The position numbers and the translations under genes are program-made. This document shows, piece by piece, positions 48,494-58,371 of a stretch of 64,000 bases of DNA; the stretch's first letter is position 1, and every line of letters starts with the position of its first letter. The notes beneath the pieces were generated by a model. It had not been told where the DNA came from, ran no database searches, and saw only the letters and a program-made list of their open reading frames with translations. This DNA is from Microgenomates group bacterium (lineage in GTDB: Bacteria; Patescibacteriota; Microgenomatia; UBA10105; UBA927): positions 191,041 to 255,040 of the forward strand of contig JBAQFJ010000001.1 of the NCBI GenBank assembly GCA_049287205.1. The letters run 5' to 3'.

Positions 48494-49906
48494 ATGAAAA
48501 AATTCACAAAAATTGTTGCAACCATTGGTCCGACTTCTGACACCCGTTCGGGCATTATTTCTTTGATAAAAGCGGGAGTGAATGTGTTTCGGTTTAATAT
48601 GAAACACAATACGATCGCGTGGCATGAAGAACGGATCGGACTGGTAGAGCAAATTGCGGAAGAATTGCATACGAACGTCGGAATACTCATTGATTTGCAG
48701 GGGCCGGAAATTCGTTTGGAGACACCGGATAAACAGTCTATTACCCTTAAAAAAGGCGACCGGTATCCGGTAACGTCCGCGTTTATTCCGGGGGTGCAGT
48801 CTATTTGTGTGCCGCTTGCCGCGGTTTTTTCAGTTCTTAAGGTTGGCGATGCGTTCCTGATAGATGACGGATTTATTGAAGCGACTATTGTTGAGGTGAG
48901 CAAAGACGGCTTCATTATCGAGATGAAAGAAGATGCGGTGATCAAGCACCGGAAAGGCGTGAATTTTCCTGGGATTCATATTGATCTTCCATCGCTTATT
49001 AGTGATGATTTGTTAAAGCTCGATATGGCGTCTAAAAATAAAGTTGATTTTGTGGCGTTATCATTTACGAGGACAAAAACAGATATTGAAATTCTTCGGG
49101 AAGAAATGAAAAAACGGCATGTTGAAGCGATGATTATCGCAAAAATTGAAAGTCAGCCTGCGCTGGATCATTTGAAGGAAATCATTACGGCAGCTGACGG
49201 TATTATGGTTGCACGCGGAGACTTGGGTATTGAGACTCCGATTGAACGGCTTGCCTATGAACAAAAACAGATGATTATCGAATGCAGGAAACAGAGAAAA
49301 CCGGTTATTGTTGCAACTCAAATGTTGCAATCTATGTGCGACAACCCAAGACCAACGCGTGCGGAAGCCACGGATGTAGCTAACGCAGTGTATGATTTGA
49401 CGGACGCGACTATGCTGTCACAAGAATCCGCATCAGGATTATTCCCGGAAAAATCAGTTTCAACCATGACACGGATACTTGCATGGAATGAAAAACATAC
49501 CATTCCTTCATGGGTGGAGCCAGTGGAAGAAAAAGCAACGGACACGATCGTGCATGCGATGTTGCCGATTGTCATGGACACCAAGAAACATACCGTTGAT
49601 GCGATTGTCGTGTTGACAGAAACAGGGTATACGGCACGGTGCGTTTCCAGTACGAGACCCGGAGTACCGATTATCGCTGTATCAGATAACAAAAAAACGA
49701 TTGAAACACTGACATTATCGTATGGGGTCATTCCCGTACAGATGCAATTTCCTGCGTCCGGATTAATCACCACAACAGATGATGTCATTTCAGAATTGAA
49801 AAAAATGGAATTAGTGAACGTCGGACATAAAGTTATTCTGATTCATGGATCAACGTGGAAAAAACCGGGACTGACCAATACCGTGAGTTTGGTTACTGTA
49901 GAATAA
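48494..49906 (+). CDS. pyk: Pyruvate kinase
   Basis: KIVATIGPTS, MVARGDLGIE and the other pyruvate-kinase conserved blocks are present. Confidence 0.95.
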   Translation: MKKFTKIVATIGPTSDTRSGIISLIKAGVNVFRFNMKHNTIAWHEERIGLVEQIAEELHTNVGILIDLQGPEIRLETPDKQSITLKKGDRYPVTSAFIPGVQSICVPLAAVFSVLKVGDAFLIDDGFIEATIVEVSKDGFIIEMKEDAVIKHRKGVNFPGIHIDLPSLISDDLLKLDMASKNKVDFVALSFTRTKTDIEILREEMKKRHVEAMIIAKIESQPALDHLKEIITAADGIMVARGDLGIETPIERLAYEQKQMIIECRKQRKPVIVATQMLQSMCDNPRPTRAEATDVANAVYDLTDATMLSQESASGLFPEKSVSTMTRILAWNEKHTIPSWVEPVEEKATDTIVHAMLPIVMDTKKHTVDAIVVLTETGYTARCVSSTRPGVPIIAVSDNKKTIETLTLSYGVIPVQMQFPASGLITTTDDVISELKKMELVNVGHKVILIHGSTWKKPGLTNTVSLVTVE

Positions 49907-49987
49907 TTTTTTGGTGGTTTTTCATTTTTTCCTCTGGCAGCATATTTTGTTTTCCTTTATCATGGATATAAGAAAGGTTTTTTTGGT

Positions 49988-52120
49988 ATGGAAGCTTCAC
50001 AGTTATCTTCAGTTTTTTCACCAACATCCGTTGCTTTGGTTGGAGCTTCAGCAAAAGCGGGAAGTGTCGGCAATAATCTGATGAAAAATTTGGTCGGCAG
50101 TGGATTTAAAGGCGTTGTATATCCTGTGAACCCGACAAGTCAAACCATAGAAGGAATTGCGTCAGTGTCATCTATTACTGCAATTGGAAGTCCCATTGAT
50201 CTTGCAATTATTGCAGTACGAGCAGATCTTGTGAGGAGCGTTGTGGAGGAAGCAGGGAAATGTGGGGTAAAGGGACTGATTATTATTTCTGCAGGATTTC
50301 GTGAAGCAGGTGTTGAAGGAAAAAAACGGGAAGAAGAAATAAAAGCATTATGTGAAAAATATAACATGATGATGATAGGTCCAAATTGTTTAGGAGTGTT
50401 GCATCCGTCATTGGGACTGAATGCTTCGTTTGCTCCACTCATGCCGAAAGCTGGATCCATCGCGTTTATCTCGCAAAGCGGCGCACTTGGTACAGCTGTG
50501 ATTGATTTTGCCAGAGATCTTGATATCGGATTTTCCACATTTATCAGCATGGGAAATAAAGCAACAGTCGATGAAGTTGCGCTCATTACCTATTTTCAAC
50601 ATGATCCGGAGACAAAAGTCATTCTTATGTATGTGGAAGACATTCGGGATGCAGCTGCGTTTGTGGCAATTGCCAAGAAAGTGACGCACGGGGAGCACGC
50701 AAAACCGATTATTTTTTTGAAAGCAGGCAGGACAAAAGCGGGAGCGAACGCATCTGTTTCTCATACGGGTGCTCTTGGTGGAAACGATGCGTATTATGAT
50801 GCTGTGGCGCTTGAGTCCGGTGCAATTCGTGTTAATACCATCCAGGAATTATTTTCTGATGCGCTTATGTTTGCGCATAATCCGTTGCCAAAAGGGAACA
50901 GAGTGGTGATCATTACCAATGCGGGAGGGCCGGGGGTACTCATGACGGATACTGCGGTGCTTTCAGGACTGACGATGGCAACGCTTGAAGAGACAACTAT
51001 TACCAAACTTCGTGAGGTATTGCCGATGTGTGCAAATTGTGTAAATCCAATTGATGTATTAGGGGATGCAAAAAGTGATAGATACAGTCTTGCGTTTGAT
51101 GCGATTGCAAAAGACATTGGCGTTGACAGTTTTCTTATATTGCTGACACCACAGGCAGGAACGGAGATTATTGAAACGGCCCAAAAGATTATCGAATTAA
51201 AAGAAAACATTGATAAACCAATCGGCGTTTCGTTTGTTGGTGGCCCTTTGGTTGCACCCGGTATGGCACTCCTAAGAAGTAAGAATGTCGCTGCATTTTC
51301 GTATCCCGAAGATGCATCCAAAGCACTTGCAACATTGACACAATTTGCACTCGCGACTAAAAAGTTGTCGGAAGAAGTACTCATGAGTTTTTTGGATATA
51401 CAACCAGAAAAAGTAATCACAGCGCTTGCACCGTTTGGGAGCCAAAAAAAAGAATTGATTCCAGAGGAGCTTGCCCATGAAATACTCAGGTTGTACGGAT
51501 TTCTAATGCTTCATTCAGCACGGGTACAAACGAGAGATGCCTTAACAACGGCGATGGAACAGTTTGTAGGCGAAGTTGCGATGAAAATTGTATCACCTGA
51601 TATTACGCATAAAAGTGATGTGGGAGGAGTGCTTCTCAATGTGACAAAAAGTACTGCGCTCGCATCATACGACACACTTATGCAGACGGTTTCATCTCAC
51701 GTGCCAAACGCAAAATTGGAAGGAGTGCTTTTAGTTGAGATGGCGCCGACTGGTGGCATGGAAATTATTTTAGGCATATCCAAACAACAGGGATTCGGCA
51801 CCATGGTGATGGTGGGACTTGGTGGCATTTATGTGGAAGCGTTTAAAGATGTAAGTTTTGGTGTTGTGCCTGTCACAGAGGAAGATGCAATGGGAATGAT
51901 TAACCGGCTTCGCATTCATACGATTCTTGATGGAGTGAGAGGGAAGCCAGCAATGGACAAAAAACTCCTTGCAACCTGTATTCAACGGTTATCAAAACTC
52001 GTGTCAGATCATCCTGAGATTGTGGAACTGGATATCAATCCGTTTGTACTTCTTGTCGATGGCGGAAAAGTGTTGGACGCGAGAATTGCAGTGGAGCACA
52101 CTTCTTTAGGAAACAAATGA
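49988..52120 (+). CDS. acd: ADP-forming acetyl-CoA synthetase (fused alpha/beta, NDP-forming acyl-CoA synthetase family)
   Basis: A CoA-binding N-terminal domain (VALVGASAKAGSVGNNL, VYPVNP), a succinyl-CoA-synthetase-like domain and a C-terminal ATP-grasp domain are present. Length is 710 aa. Confidence 0.85.
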   Translation: MEASQLSSVFSPTSVALVGASAKAGSVGNNLMKNLVGSGFKGVVYPVNPTSQTIEGIASVSSITAIGSPIDLAIIAVRADLVRSVVEEAGKCGVKGLIIISAGFREAGVEGKKREEEIKALCEKYNMMMIGPNCLGVLHPSLGLNASFAPLMPKAGSIAFISQSGALGTAVIDFARDLDIGFSTFISMGNKATVDEVALITYFQHDPETKVILMYVEDIRDAAAFVAIAKKVTHGEHAKPIIFLKAGRTKAGANASVSHTGALGGNDAYYDAVALESGAIRVNTIQELFSDALMFAHNPLPKGNRVVIITNAGGPGVLMTDTAVLSGLTMATLEETTITKLREVLPMCANCVNPIDVLGDAKSDRYSLAFDAIAKDIGVDSFLILLTPQAGTEIIETAQKIIELKENIDKPIGVSFVGGPLVAPGMALLRSKNVAAFSYPEDASKALATLTQFALATKKLSEEVLMSFLDIQPEKVITALAPFGSQKKELIPEELAHEILRLYGFLMLHSARVQTRDALTTAMEQFVGEVAMKIVSPDITHKSDVGGVLLNVTKSTALASYDTLMQTVSSHVPNAKLEGVLLVEMAPTGGMEIILGISKQQGFGTMVMVGLGGIYVEAFKDVSFGVVPVTEEDAMGMINRLRIHTILDGVRGKPAMDKKLLATCIQRLSKLVSDHPEIVELDINPFVLLVDGGKVLDARIAVEHTSLGNK

Positions 52121-53605
52121 AGTGCCAGTCATCTCCTTTGGTTTTTCGATTCCGAAGATTTTCAGGATGGTCGGTGCAATATCCGCGAGGGTCAGACCCT
52201 CTCTGGTGATTGTTGTGTAGGTATTGCTTACGAGAATGAGTGGAACGGGATTGGTGCTGTGACTTGTAATCATTTCTCCTGTTTTTCCATTCGTCATTTC
52301 ATCTGCGTTTCCGTGATCAGCCGTGACGATGACAGAATAGCCATGCTCTAGCGCTCTCGGTATGAGAGTGCTAAGTGCTTGATCAATTGTCTCGATTCCT
52401 TTAATTGTTGCTTCCATATTTCCTGTGTGTCCGACCATGTCGGCGTTACACATATTGGTTGCGATGAATTGATGCTTTTCATGTGTGATGTCATCAAGAA
52501 TTTCTTGAGCAATATCAGGGGTGCGCATCTCAGGTCGTTCGTCATGCGTTTTGATGTCGGAGTAGGAGTCAAGGAGGATGCGGTCTTCTCCTTCACAGGC
52601 GTCTAGTTTTTTGCTGTTAAAGAAATAGGTGAGGTGATTGAATTTTTCCGTCTCTGTGATCCGGAGTTCTTTCACCCGATTGGTTCCCAGTATCTCTCCG
52701 AGGGTATTATTGATGACTTCCGGAGGGAAGGCGACGGGGCAGTCAAATTCTGCCCGATATTGGGTCATAGCCACGAAATGGAGGTTTGGAATCCCTGCTT
52801 CTAAGGTCTTTTTGGTCAATTCGACGGCCCGATCGCTTCTAAAGTTCACGAATATGACACTGTCATTCTCTTTGATTGTCGTTGGGGTACCGATTATCGA
52901 AGGCTGTATAAACTCATCGGTTTCTCCTCGGGTGTAGGCATCTTCTATTGCCTTTGTTGCCGTGGCGTATGGACGGCCCGTTCCTTTGGTCAACATATCC
53001 CACGCATGTTCGATGCGATCCCAATTTGTGTCCCTGTCCATGGCATAATACCTGCCGATAATACTGGCGATTTTTCCAACGCCAATTTCCTGCATTTTTT
53101 CCTCAAGTTCAATCAAAAATTGTTTGCCACTTTTGGGTGACGTATCACGGCCATCAGTAAAAACATGAATGCATACATTTTGTACTCCTATTTGTTTTGC
53201 AAGGGTAAGCAGGGCATGCATATGAGTACTATAAGAGTGCACGCCACCAGTTCCGAGGAGTCCTTCAAGATGGAGCGTACTGCCATACTTTTTTGCATGT
53301 TCCATTGCATCAATAAGTACCTTATTTTTGAAAAATGAACCATCCGTAATGGAGGTATTTATTTTGACGAGATCTTGATAAATGATGCGTCCGGATCCGA
53401 TGACCATATGATTCACTTCGCTCGTTCCCATTTGCCCTTCAGGAAGTCCTACTGCAAGACCTGATGCGGGAATGATTGCGTGTGGGTACTTGTTCCATAA
53501 CGCATCAAACGTCGGCTTTTTGGCAAGGGCGATTGCATTCCCTGTTACATCTTTGCGATACCCCCAACCATCCATGATGATAAGGAGGACTTTGTTATCT
53601 GTCAT
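52106..53605 (-). CDS. gpmI: 2,3-bisphosphoglycerate-independent phosphoglycerate mutase
   Basis: The N-terminus LLIIMDGWG and the alkaline-phosphatase-like metal-binding blocks are present. Length is 499 aa. Confidence 0.95.
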   Translation of the reverse strand: MTDNKVLLIIMDGWGYRKDVTGNAIALAKKPTFDALWNKYPHAIIPASGLAVGLPEGQMGTSEVNHMVIGSGRIIYQDLVKINTSITDGSFFKNKVLIDAMEHAKKYGSTLHLEGLLGTGGVHSYSTHMHALLTLAKQIGVQNVCIHVFTDGRDTSPKSGKQFLIELEEKMQEIGVGKIASIIGRYYAMDRDTNWDRIEHAWDMLTKGTGRPYATATKAIEDAYTRGETDEFIQPSIIGTPTTIKENDSVIFVNFRSDRAVELTKKTLEAGIPNLHFVAMTQYRAEFDCPVAFPPEVINNTLGEILGTNRVKELRITETEKFNHLTYFFNSKKLDACEGEDRILLDSYSDIKTHDERPEMRTPDIAQEILDDITHEKHQFIATNMCNADMVGHTGNMEATIKGIETIDQALSTLIPRALEHGYSVIVTADHGNADEMTNGKTGEMITSHSTNPVPLILVSNTYTTITREGLTLADIAPTILKIFGIEKPKEMTGTSFVS

Positions 53606-53610
53606 AGTAT

Positions 53611-54864
53611 TTATTGTAGCTCTTCTTCGATACGGAGTAATCGGTTATATTTTGCAAGTCTCTCTCCGCGATCCGGTCCGCCGAATTTACTTTGTTTGGA
53701 TGTGCCAACAACTAAGTCTGCGATGAAATCGTCATTGGTCTCTCCACCTCGGTGAGACACAACGGTTGTATATCCTGCTTTGTGAGCAAGTGTTATCGCA
53801 TCGAGTGTTTCTGAAACTGTTCCAATTTGATTGACCTTGATGAGTACACTGTTGACTGCTTTTTTGTCGATTGCTGTTTGTATGTGTTTGACGTTTGTTG
53901 TGAGCAAATCGTCTCCAACGATTTGGTGATCCTGTCCAATAGTACTAGTGAAGTATGTCCATTCATCCCAATCAGATTCGCTGTGTACATCTTCAAGTGA
54001 CCAGATTGGGTATTTCTTTGTCCAGTCAATAACCTTTTCCGTCCATTGTCTCGAAGTGAGTTTTAGGTCACCTTCACTTTTGAGTGTATATGTGCCGTTT
54101 GCAAAAAATTCTGATGCAGCTGCATCAAGTCCTAAGACCACTTCACTTCCCATTTTGTACCCAGCTTTTTCCGTGGCTTCGATCATAAGTTGAAACGCTT
54201 CCTCGTTGGACTTCATTTCGATAGGACAAAATGCACCTTCATAGCCGACGCCAGTTGCATAGTGCTTTTCTGCTAATATTTTTTCGAGTGCATGGAAAAT
54301 CTCTGCTCCTGCTCGAAGCGCTTCTTTGAATGTTGGGAAACGTTCTTTCTTTGGAACGACAAAATATTCTTGACAATCCGTTGACCAATTTCCGTGTTTG
54401 CCACCTTCAAGTACTAAGAGGAGTGGTTGGGGAAGTTCAAATTTCGTGTTGCCAACAAGTGATCCTAAATATTTGTAGAGTGGAGTATTCTGTGACATAG
54501 CTGCGGCTCGAGAGGCAGCCATGGAAACGGCAACGATTGCATTGCCGCCAAGTCTACCTTTGTTTTCTGTTCCATCAGCTTGAATCATGAGGTTGTCGAG
54601 GTTTCGTTGATTGGTCACATCTTGGCCTACAACAATTTTTTTGAGTTCCGTATTTACGTTTTCAACCGCGTGTAGTACGCCCTTTCCAAAGTATCGAGTC
54701 TTATCACCATCTCGAAGTTCTACGGCTTCTGTAGAACCTGTGGATGCTCCGGATGGCACGGATGCAGTTGCTGTCATGCCGTTTTCGAGGGTCAGATCAA
54801 CTTCAACAGTTGGATGTCCTTTTGAATCAAGAATTTCTCGTGCGTGGATGTTTTTTATGTTCAT
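53611..54864 (-). CDS. eno: Enolase
   Basis: AREILDSKGHPTVEVD...SGASTGSTEAVELRDGDK... is present. The start is at MNIKNIH. Confidence 0.95.
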   Translation of the reverse strand: MNIKNIHAREILDSKGHPTVEVDLTLENGMTATASVPSGASTGSTEAVELRDGDKTRYFGKGVLHAVENVNTELKKIVVGQDVTNQRNLDNLMIQADGTENKGRLGGNAIVAVSMAASRAAAMSQNTPLYKYLGSLVGNTKFELPQPLLLVLEGGKHGNWSTDCQEYFVVPKKERFPTFKEALRAGAEIFHALEKILAEKHYATGVGYEGAFCPIEMKSNEEAFQLMIEATEKAGYKMGSEVVLGLDAAASEFFANGTYTLKSEGDLKLTSRQWTEKVIDWTKKYPIWSLEDVHSESDWDEWTYFTSTIGQDHQIVGDDLLTTNVKHIQTAIDKKAVNSVLIKVNQIGTVSETLDAITLAHKAGYTTVVSHRGGETNDDFIADLVVGTSKQSKFGGPDRGERLAKYNRLLRIEEELQ

Positions 54865-55028
54865 GGGTTTCTCCTTATATGAATAAAAATACAATAAACT
54901 ACGAATTTTAGTCGATTACAAAAAGTATATCTGGTTTGAGGGTGGGTTACAATGCGGCAGGGTGATGCATGAGCGCAACAATAGGTAACAGAAAAGAAGT
55001 ATCAAATAATATTGATATATCGGTAGCC

Positions 55029-55895
55029 TCAGGGTCTGACCCTGAGGCTAGGAGGATTAGTAACTTTTGGATGAAGCGCCATTGTTTGTAATATCTGCAG
55101 GAATGTTTCACCTTTCGTTTTATTGGTTGTATCAATGACGGCACTATAGAGATGGGATGTTCTTGCCTGTTCTGGTGATAAGAGTTTTCCTTTAGCAATA
55201 TCGTTTCTGTTTCGTTCTACGATGCTCATATATGCTTCAGCTTCCGAGATGGTGATGCCATTTTTCTTTTGTCGAGACATTTCTCGTTCAACAAGTACCT
55301 TGTCTGATGCGTATATATATACCAGAAGGTCTGTTATAGGAGGGGGAGCAATAAGCCATGTGTCTCTACCTTCCGTAACAATCTGTTTACTTTCTTTGAT
55401 ACGTTTTGTTTGTTGTGGCGCCAGAAATTCGCGCACTGGTGTCCGCGAAGCTACTTCTGAAACGGTGTCGTTAATACGTGGGAGTTCAAGTACGGATGTT
55501 AGGTCAATTATTTCCGGTTTTGTTTGGGTGTGGTAGTGAAGCAAAATGCGGTTTTCTTTGTCATCTTTTTTAAATTGTATATCTATTGTTTGTAAGTATT
55601 CAGCGAGTTGTTCGTCTGAAAGTGTTTGATAATTCATTTGATGATCCATGAGTAAAGCAAATGTCACCGTGCGATACATGAGTCCCGTGGAAAGTCGTTC
55701 AATACCAAGGTGTTTTTCAAACAGTTCAATAAGTGATCCTTTTCCTGCTGCAGCAGGCCCGTCGATACCGATTTTCCAATCATATGGTTTTAAAAACTCT
55801 GAGAATTCGTGTATGTTTCGTTGAACGGGATTGGAAATAAATTCCTTATTCTGTTGTTGTGACGCGCTATAAGATTCAATTGGTTTTCCTGCCAT
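55029..55895 (-). CDS. cmk: Cytidylate kinase with an N-terminal extension of about 40 aa
   Basis: P-loop IGIDGPAAAGKGS and CMP kinase blocks are present. Confidence 0.8.
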   Translation of the reverse strand: MAGKPIESYSASQQQNKEFISNPVQRNIHEFSEFLKPYDWKIGIDGPAAAGKGSLIELFEKHLGIERLSTGLMYRTVTFALLMDHQMNYQTLSDEQLAEYLQTIDIQFKKDDKENRILLHYHTQTKPEIIDLTSVLELPRINDTVSEVASRTPVREFLAPQQTKRIKESKQIVTEGRDTWLIAPPPITDLLVYIYASDKVLVEREMSRQKKNGITISEAEAYMSIVERNRNDIAKGKLLSPEQARTSHLYSAVIDTTNKTKGETFLQILQTMALHPKVTNPPSLRVRP

Positions 55896-55953
55896 GCGCG
55901 CATTATAGGATTAAAAGTAGACCTCGTCAAACAAGAAGAGGTATACTGAAAGA

Positions 55954-56247
55954 GTGAAAAATATTTTGTATTGGTTACCACGAATCCTTGCAATTTTTTA
56001 TGTAGTATTTTTCAGCATATTTGCACTTGATGTGTTCAGTGAACCACAGTGGATTCTTGCACTTTTCATGCATTTGATTCCAAGTATGGTGTTGTTGATT
56101 ATGACAATTGTTGCTTGGAAGAGAGAGCGAGTGGGCGGAATTCTATTTTGTCTTGCAGGTGTGTTTATGCTTGTGTTCTATCACACTGTTTGGATTACAC
56201 TCCCAGCATTTGTCATTAGCTTTCTTTTATTAATCAAAAAAGGTTGA
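55954..56247 (+). CDS. Small 3-TM membrane protein (GTG start)
   Basis: Hydrophobic ORF. No family was recognised. Confidence 0.45.
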   Translation: MKNILYWLPRILAIFYVVFFSIFALDVFSEPQWILALFMHLIPSMVLLIMTIVAWKRERVGGILFCLAGVFMLVFYHTVWITLPAFVISFLLLIKKG

Positions 56248-56290
56248 TATATCGGTAACCTGACTGGTCAGCCCCTTGAACCTTATGGAA

Positions 56291-57163
56291 TTAAAATGTT
56301 GCTGGCGTGCCAGCGAGAGCAAGGAACCCATATTGATTTGGGGCAAACACTGCAATTTTTGTAGATGACTTTTCCACAAAATCGGTCAATATTTTTACTC
56401 CCACGTCTCCTTGTTTATATGGACCCCATGGGTCTATGATAAGCGGATTATTGTCAGCATCAAGACTGCTGAAAAGCACCATATGTGTTGCTGAGCCTTT
56501 TTCAGCGCCATACTTGAGGATTTTTGCGAAGAGAAAATCACCTGTATCAAGTACAGATTCTTTCGCCTCATCCATGAGTTCCGGCCATTTTGATGTTGGA
56601 ATTATATGATTTGCGTTGAATCCCCATTTTGGCATCGGTTCCGTATAGGAATAGAGATCTGTCGGTGAGCAAAAAGATTTGAGTGTGTTAAGGGCACCGA
56701 TGAACGGTCCATCAAACATGCCAATGTCATTTTTGGTGATAATAGGATTATTTTTATACTGTTTGTCCATAAGGTGATTGATGATATCAGCAATCGAAAT
56801 ATCAGGGACATCGCCTGTTTTGAAATAGATAAGTGTCTTGAGCACTGTTGCCATGGAAGCCTCGCAACACGCATGACTTTTGTAATTGTAGGCAGTAAAG
56901 GCTTCCAAATATTTCGAATCGAGTCTTTCATACTGTTTGTCGTCACCTTGTCCGGTGAGTAGTATCCGTCTATTTTTACCGAGCGGTTCTGTAAAGAATT
57001 TGGGATTTGCCATGAGTAGCGTTCGCTCTTTTGTTGTAGGAATTTCCCAATGCATAGGTCGCTCGGGTGTTAGAAATGATTCAGGTATACGGGGGAGGGC
57101 GAAAGCTGTCAGTAGAATTCCTGCTTGTTTTAAGAAGTCTCTTCTTGTTATTCGTTCTTGCAC
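56291..57163 (-). CDS. Tat-signal secreted protein, putative papain-like or C39-like cysteine peptidase
   Basis: The twin-arginine motif TRRDFLKQAGILLTAFAL is present. SHACCEASMATVL is a candidate catalytic Cys. A distal His lies in ATHMVLFSS...DPW. Confidence 0.55.
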   Translation of the reverse strand: MQERITRRDFLKQAGILLTAFALPRIPESFLTPERPMHWEIPTTKERTLLMANPKFFTEPLGKNRRILLTGQGDDKQYERLDSKYLEAFTAYNYKSHACCEASMATVLKTLIYFKTGDVPDISIADIINHLMDKQYKNNPIITKNDIGMFDGPFIGALNTLKSFCSPTDLYSYTEPMPKWGFNANHIIPTSKWPELMDEAKESVLDTGDFLFAKILKYGAEKGSATHMVLFSSLDADNNPLIIDPWGPYKQGDVGVKILTDFVEKSSTKIAVFAPNQYGFLALAGTPATF

Positions 57164-57630
57164 ACTACGTCTTTCTTTTTTCGTTTGATGGCTTCATTAA
57201 TGAGAAATACTTGATTGCTGCGAAGCAAGGGCATCGAGTCCTCGGAAAAAAAACCATATTCTGCAACTTCATGAGAAGGAGTAAATTCACCACCGATAAA
57301 GACACCGGTGTAACACAGATCAAGTCTGGCACTTGTTCTATCGGTGCGGGTTAGAAAGGATTCATCAATGCTTACAACAAGGCCGGATTCTTCTTTTATT
57401 TCCCGTTCCAGTCCCTCTTTTGGATGTTCACCTTTTTTTAAGTATCCGCCGGGAAGACTCCATGCATGTTGCCGGTAGGTGTGCTTGAAGAGAAGTATTT
57501 CATTTTTGTCATTAAAAATGATGCCGGTGGTTCCGACAAGAAATTTTGTTTCCAATATGCGCATAAAAAATAACTGGGCATCTTTAGGGAGATGTAACGC
57601 TGTCCAGATTTTGGCAAGAATTGATTTCAC
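57148..57630 (-). CDS. NUDIX hydrolase
   Basis: Nudix box PGGYLKKGEHPKEGLEREIKEESGL is present. Confidence 0.8.
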   Translation of the reverse strand: MKSILAKIWTALHLPKDAQLFFMRILETKFLVGTTGIIFNDKNEILLFKHTYRQHAWSLPGGYLKKGEHPKEGLEREIKEESGLVVSIDESFLTRTDRTSARLDLCYTGVFIGGEFTPSHEVAEYGFFSEDSMPLLRSNQVFLINEAIKRKKKDVVCKNE

Positions 57631-57974
57631 AATGCGTTTTTGTCCGAAGGCTCTATAACTGTGGAATTATTTTTGAGCCGTTCATTTTCTAGTTCGAGTT
57701 GATGAACTCGTTTGGTGAGTTCAACAATTTCGTTTTTTCCTTCTTTGATTTTTGTATCTTTTTTGTGAAATTTAAAGGATACAGAAACCGCGTTGATAAG
57801 AAAAAGAATATATGCCAGCGTAAGACCCGCTACGAGAGATCCGATGATGATGTAAAAAAGTGGAATATCAGAAAATACATATGGTCCGAGATGGAGTGGA
57901 ACAAGCAGTAGATTATTTTGTGCTAAGTACGCCATGATGCCACCAACGATTAAAAGAAGAATCAGAATAAGCAT
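57627..57974 (-). CDS. LapA/DUF1049-like small membrane protein (two TM helices plus a coiled coil)
   Basis: Two N-terminal TM helices are followed by LELENERLKN. Confidence 0.55.
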   Translation of the reverse strand: MLILILLLIVGGIMAYLAQNNLLLVPLHLGPYVFSDIPLFYIIIGSLVAGLTLAYILFLINAVSVSFKFHKKDTKIKEGKNEIVELTKRVHQLELENERLKNNSTVIEPSDKNAL

Positions 57975-58033
57975 TGTTTGTAGTATACTCGCTATGGTGT
58001 GTTAAAGATACAATTAGTACAAATATATGTAAT

Positions 58034-58072
58034 TTGACAATTAGTTGTAATGTCTATACTATGACGATAGAC
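58034..58072 (+). promoter_or_regulatory. Promoter (TTGACA, 17 nt, TACTAT) with an overlapping inverted repeat GTCTAT-N9-ATAGAC
   Basis: Seen directly. This is the classic arrangement for an autoregulated RHH protein. Confidence 0.5.
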
Positions 58073-58083
58073 AAAAAACATAT

Positions 58084-58314
58084 ATGAAAACTGATTCGAA
58101 GCAACGTCTTACAGCATTTATTGATCCCATTTTAGTGAAACGGGCGAAAGTTCGTGGAGCGCTTGAAGGATTAACAATATCAGAAGTTGTTGAGCGTGCG
58201 CTTGATGCATATGCGCCGTATATCAAAAAGGCGAGTGATAAGGATATCCATGTGAGTTTCATTAATTATCCGACTGTTGATATATCGGTTTCCAAAAAAA
58301 CGTTAAAATTATAA
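58084..58314 (+). CDS. Ribbon-helix-helix (CopG/antitoxin-like) DNA-binding protein
   Basis: RLTAFIDPILVKRAKVRGALEGLTISEVVERALDAY has the RHH beta-alpha-alpha pattern. Confidence 0.65.
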   Translation: MKTDSKQRLTAFIDPILVKRAKVRGALEGLTISEVVERALDAYAPYIKKASDKDIHVSFINYPTVDISVSKKTLKL

Positions 58315-58371
58315 AATACTTGGGTTTGTAGACGTACATCTGTGTAAATAAAAGTATATTTATCCAGTTGT

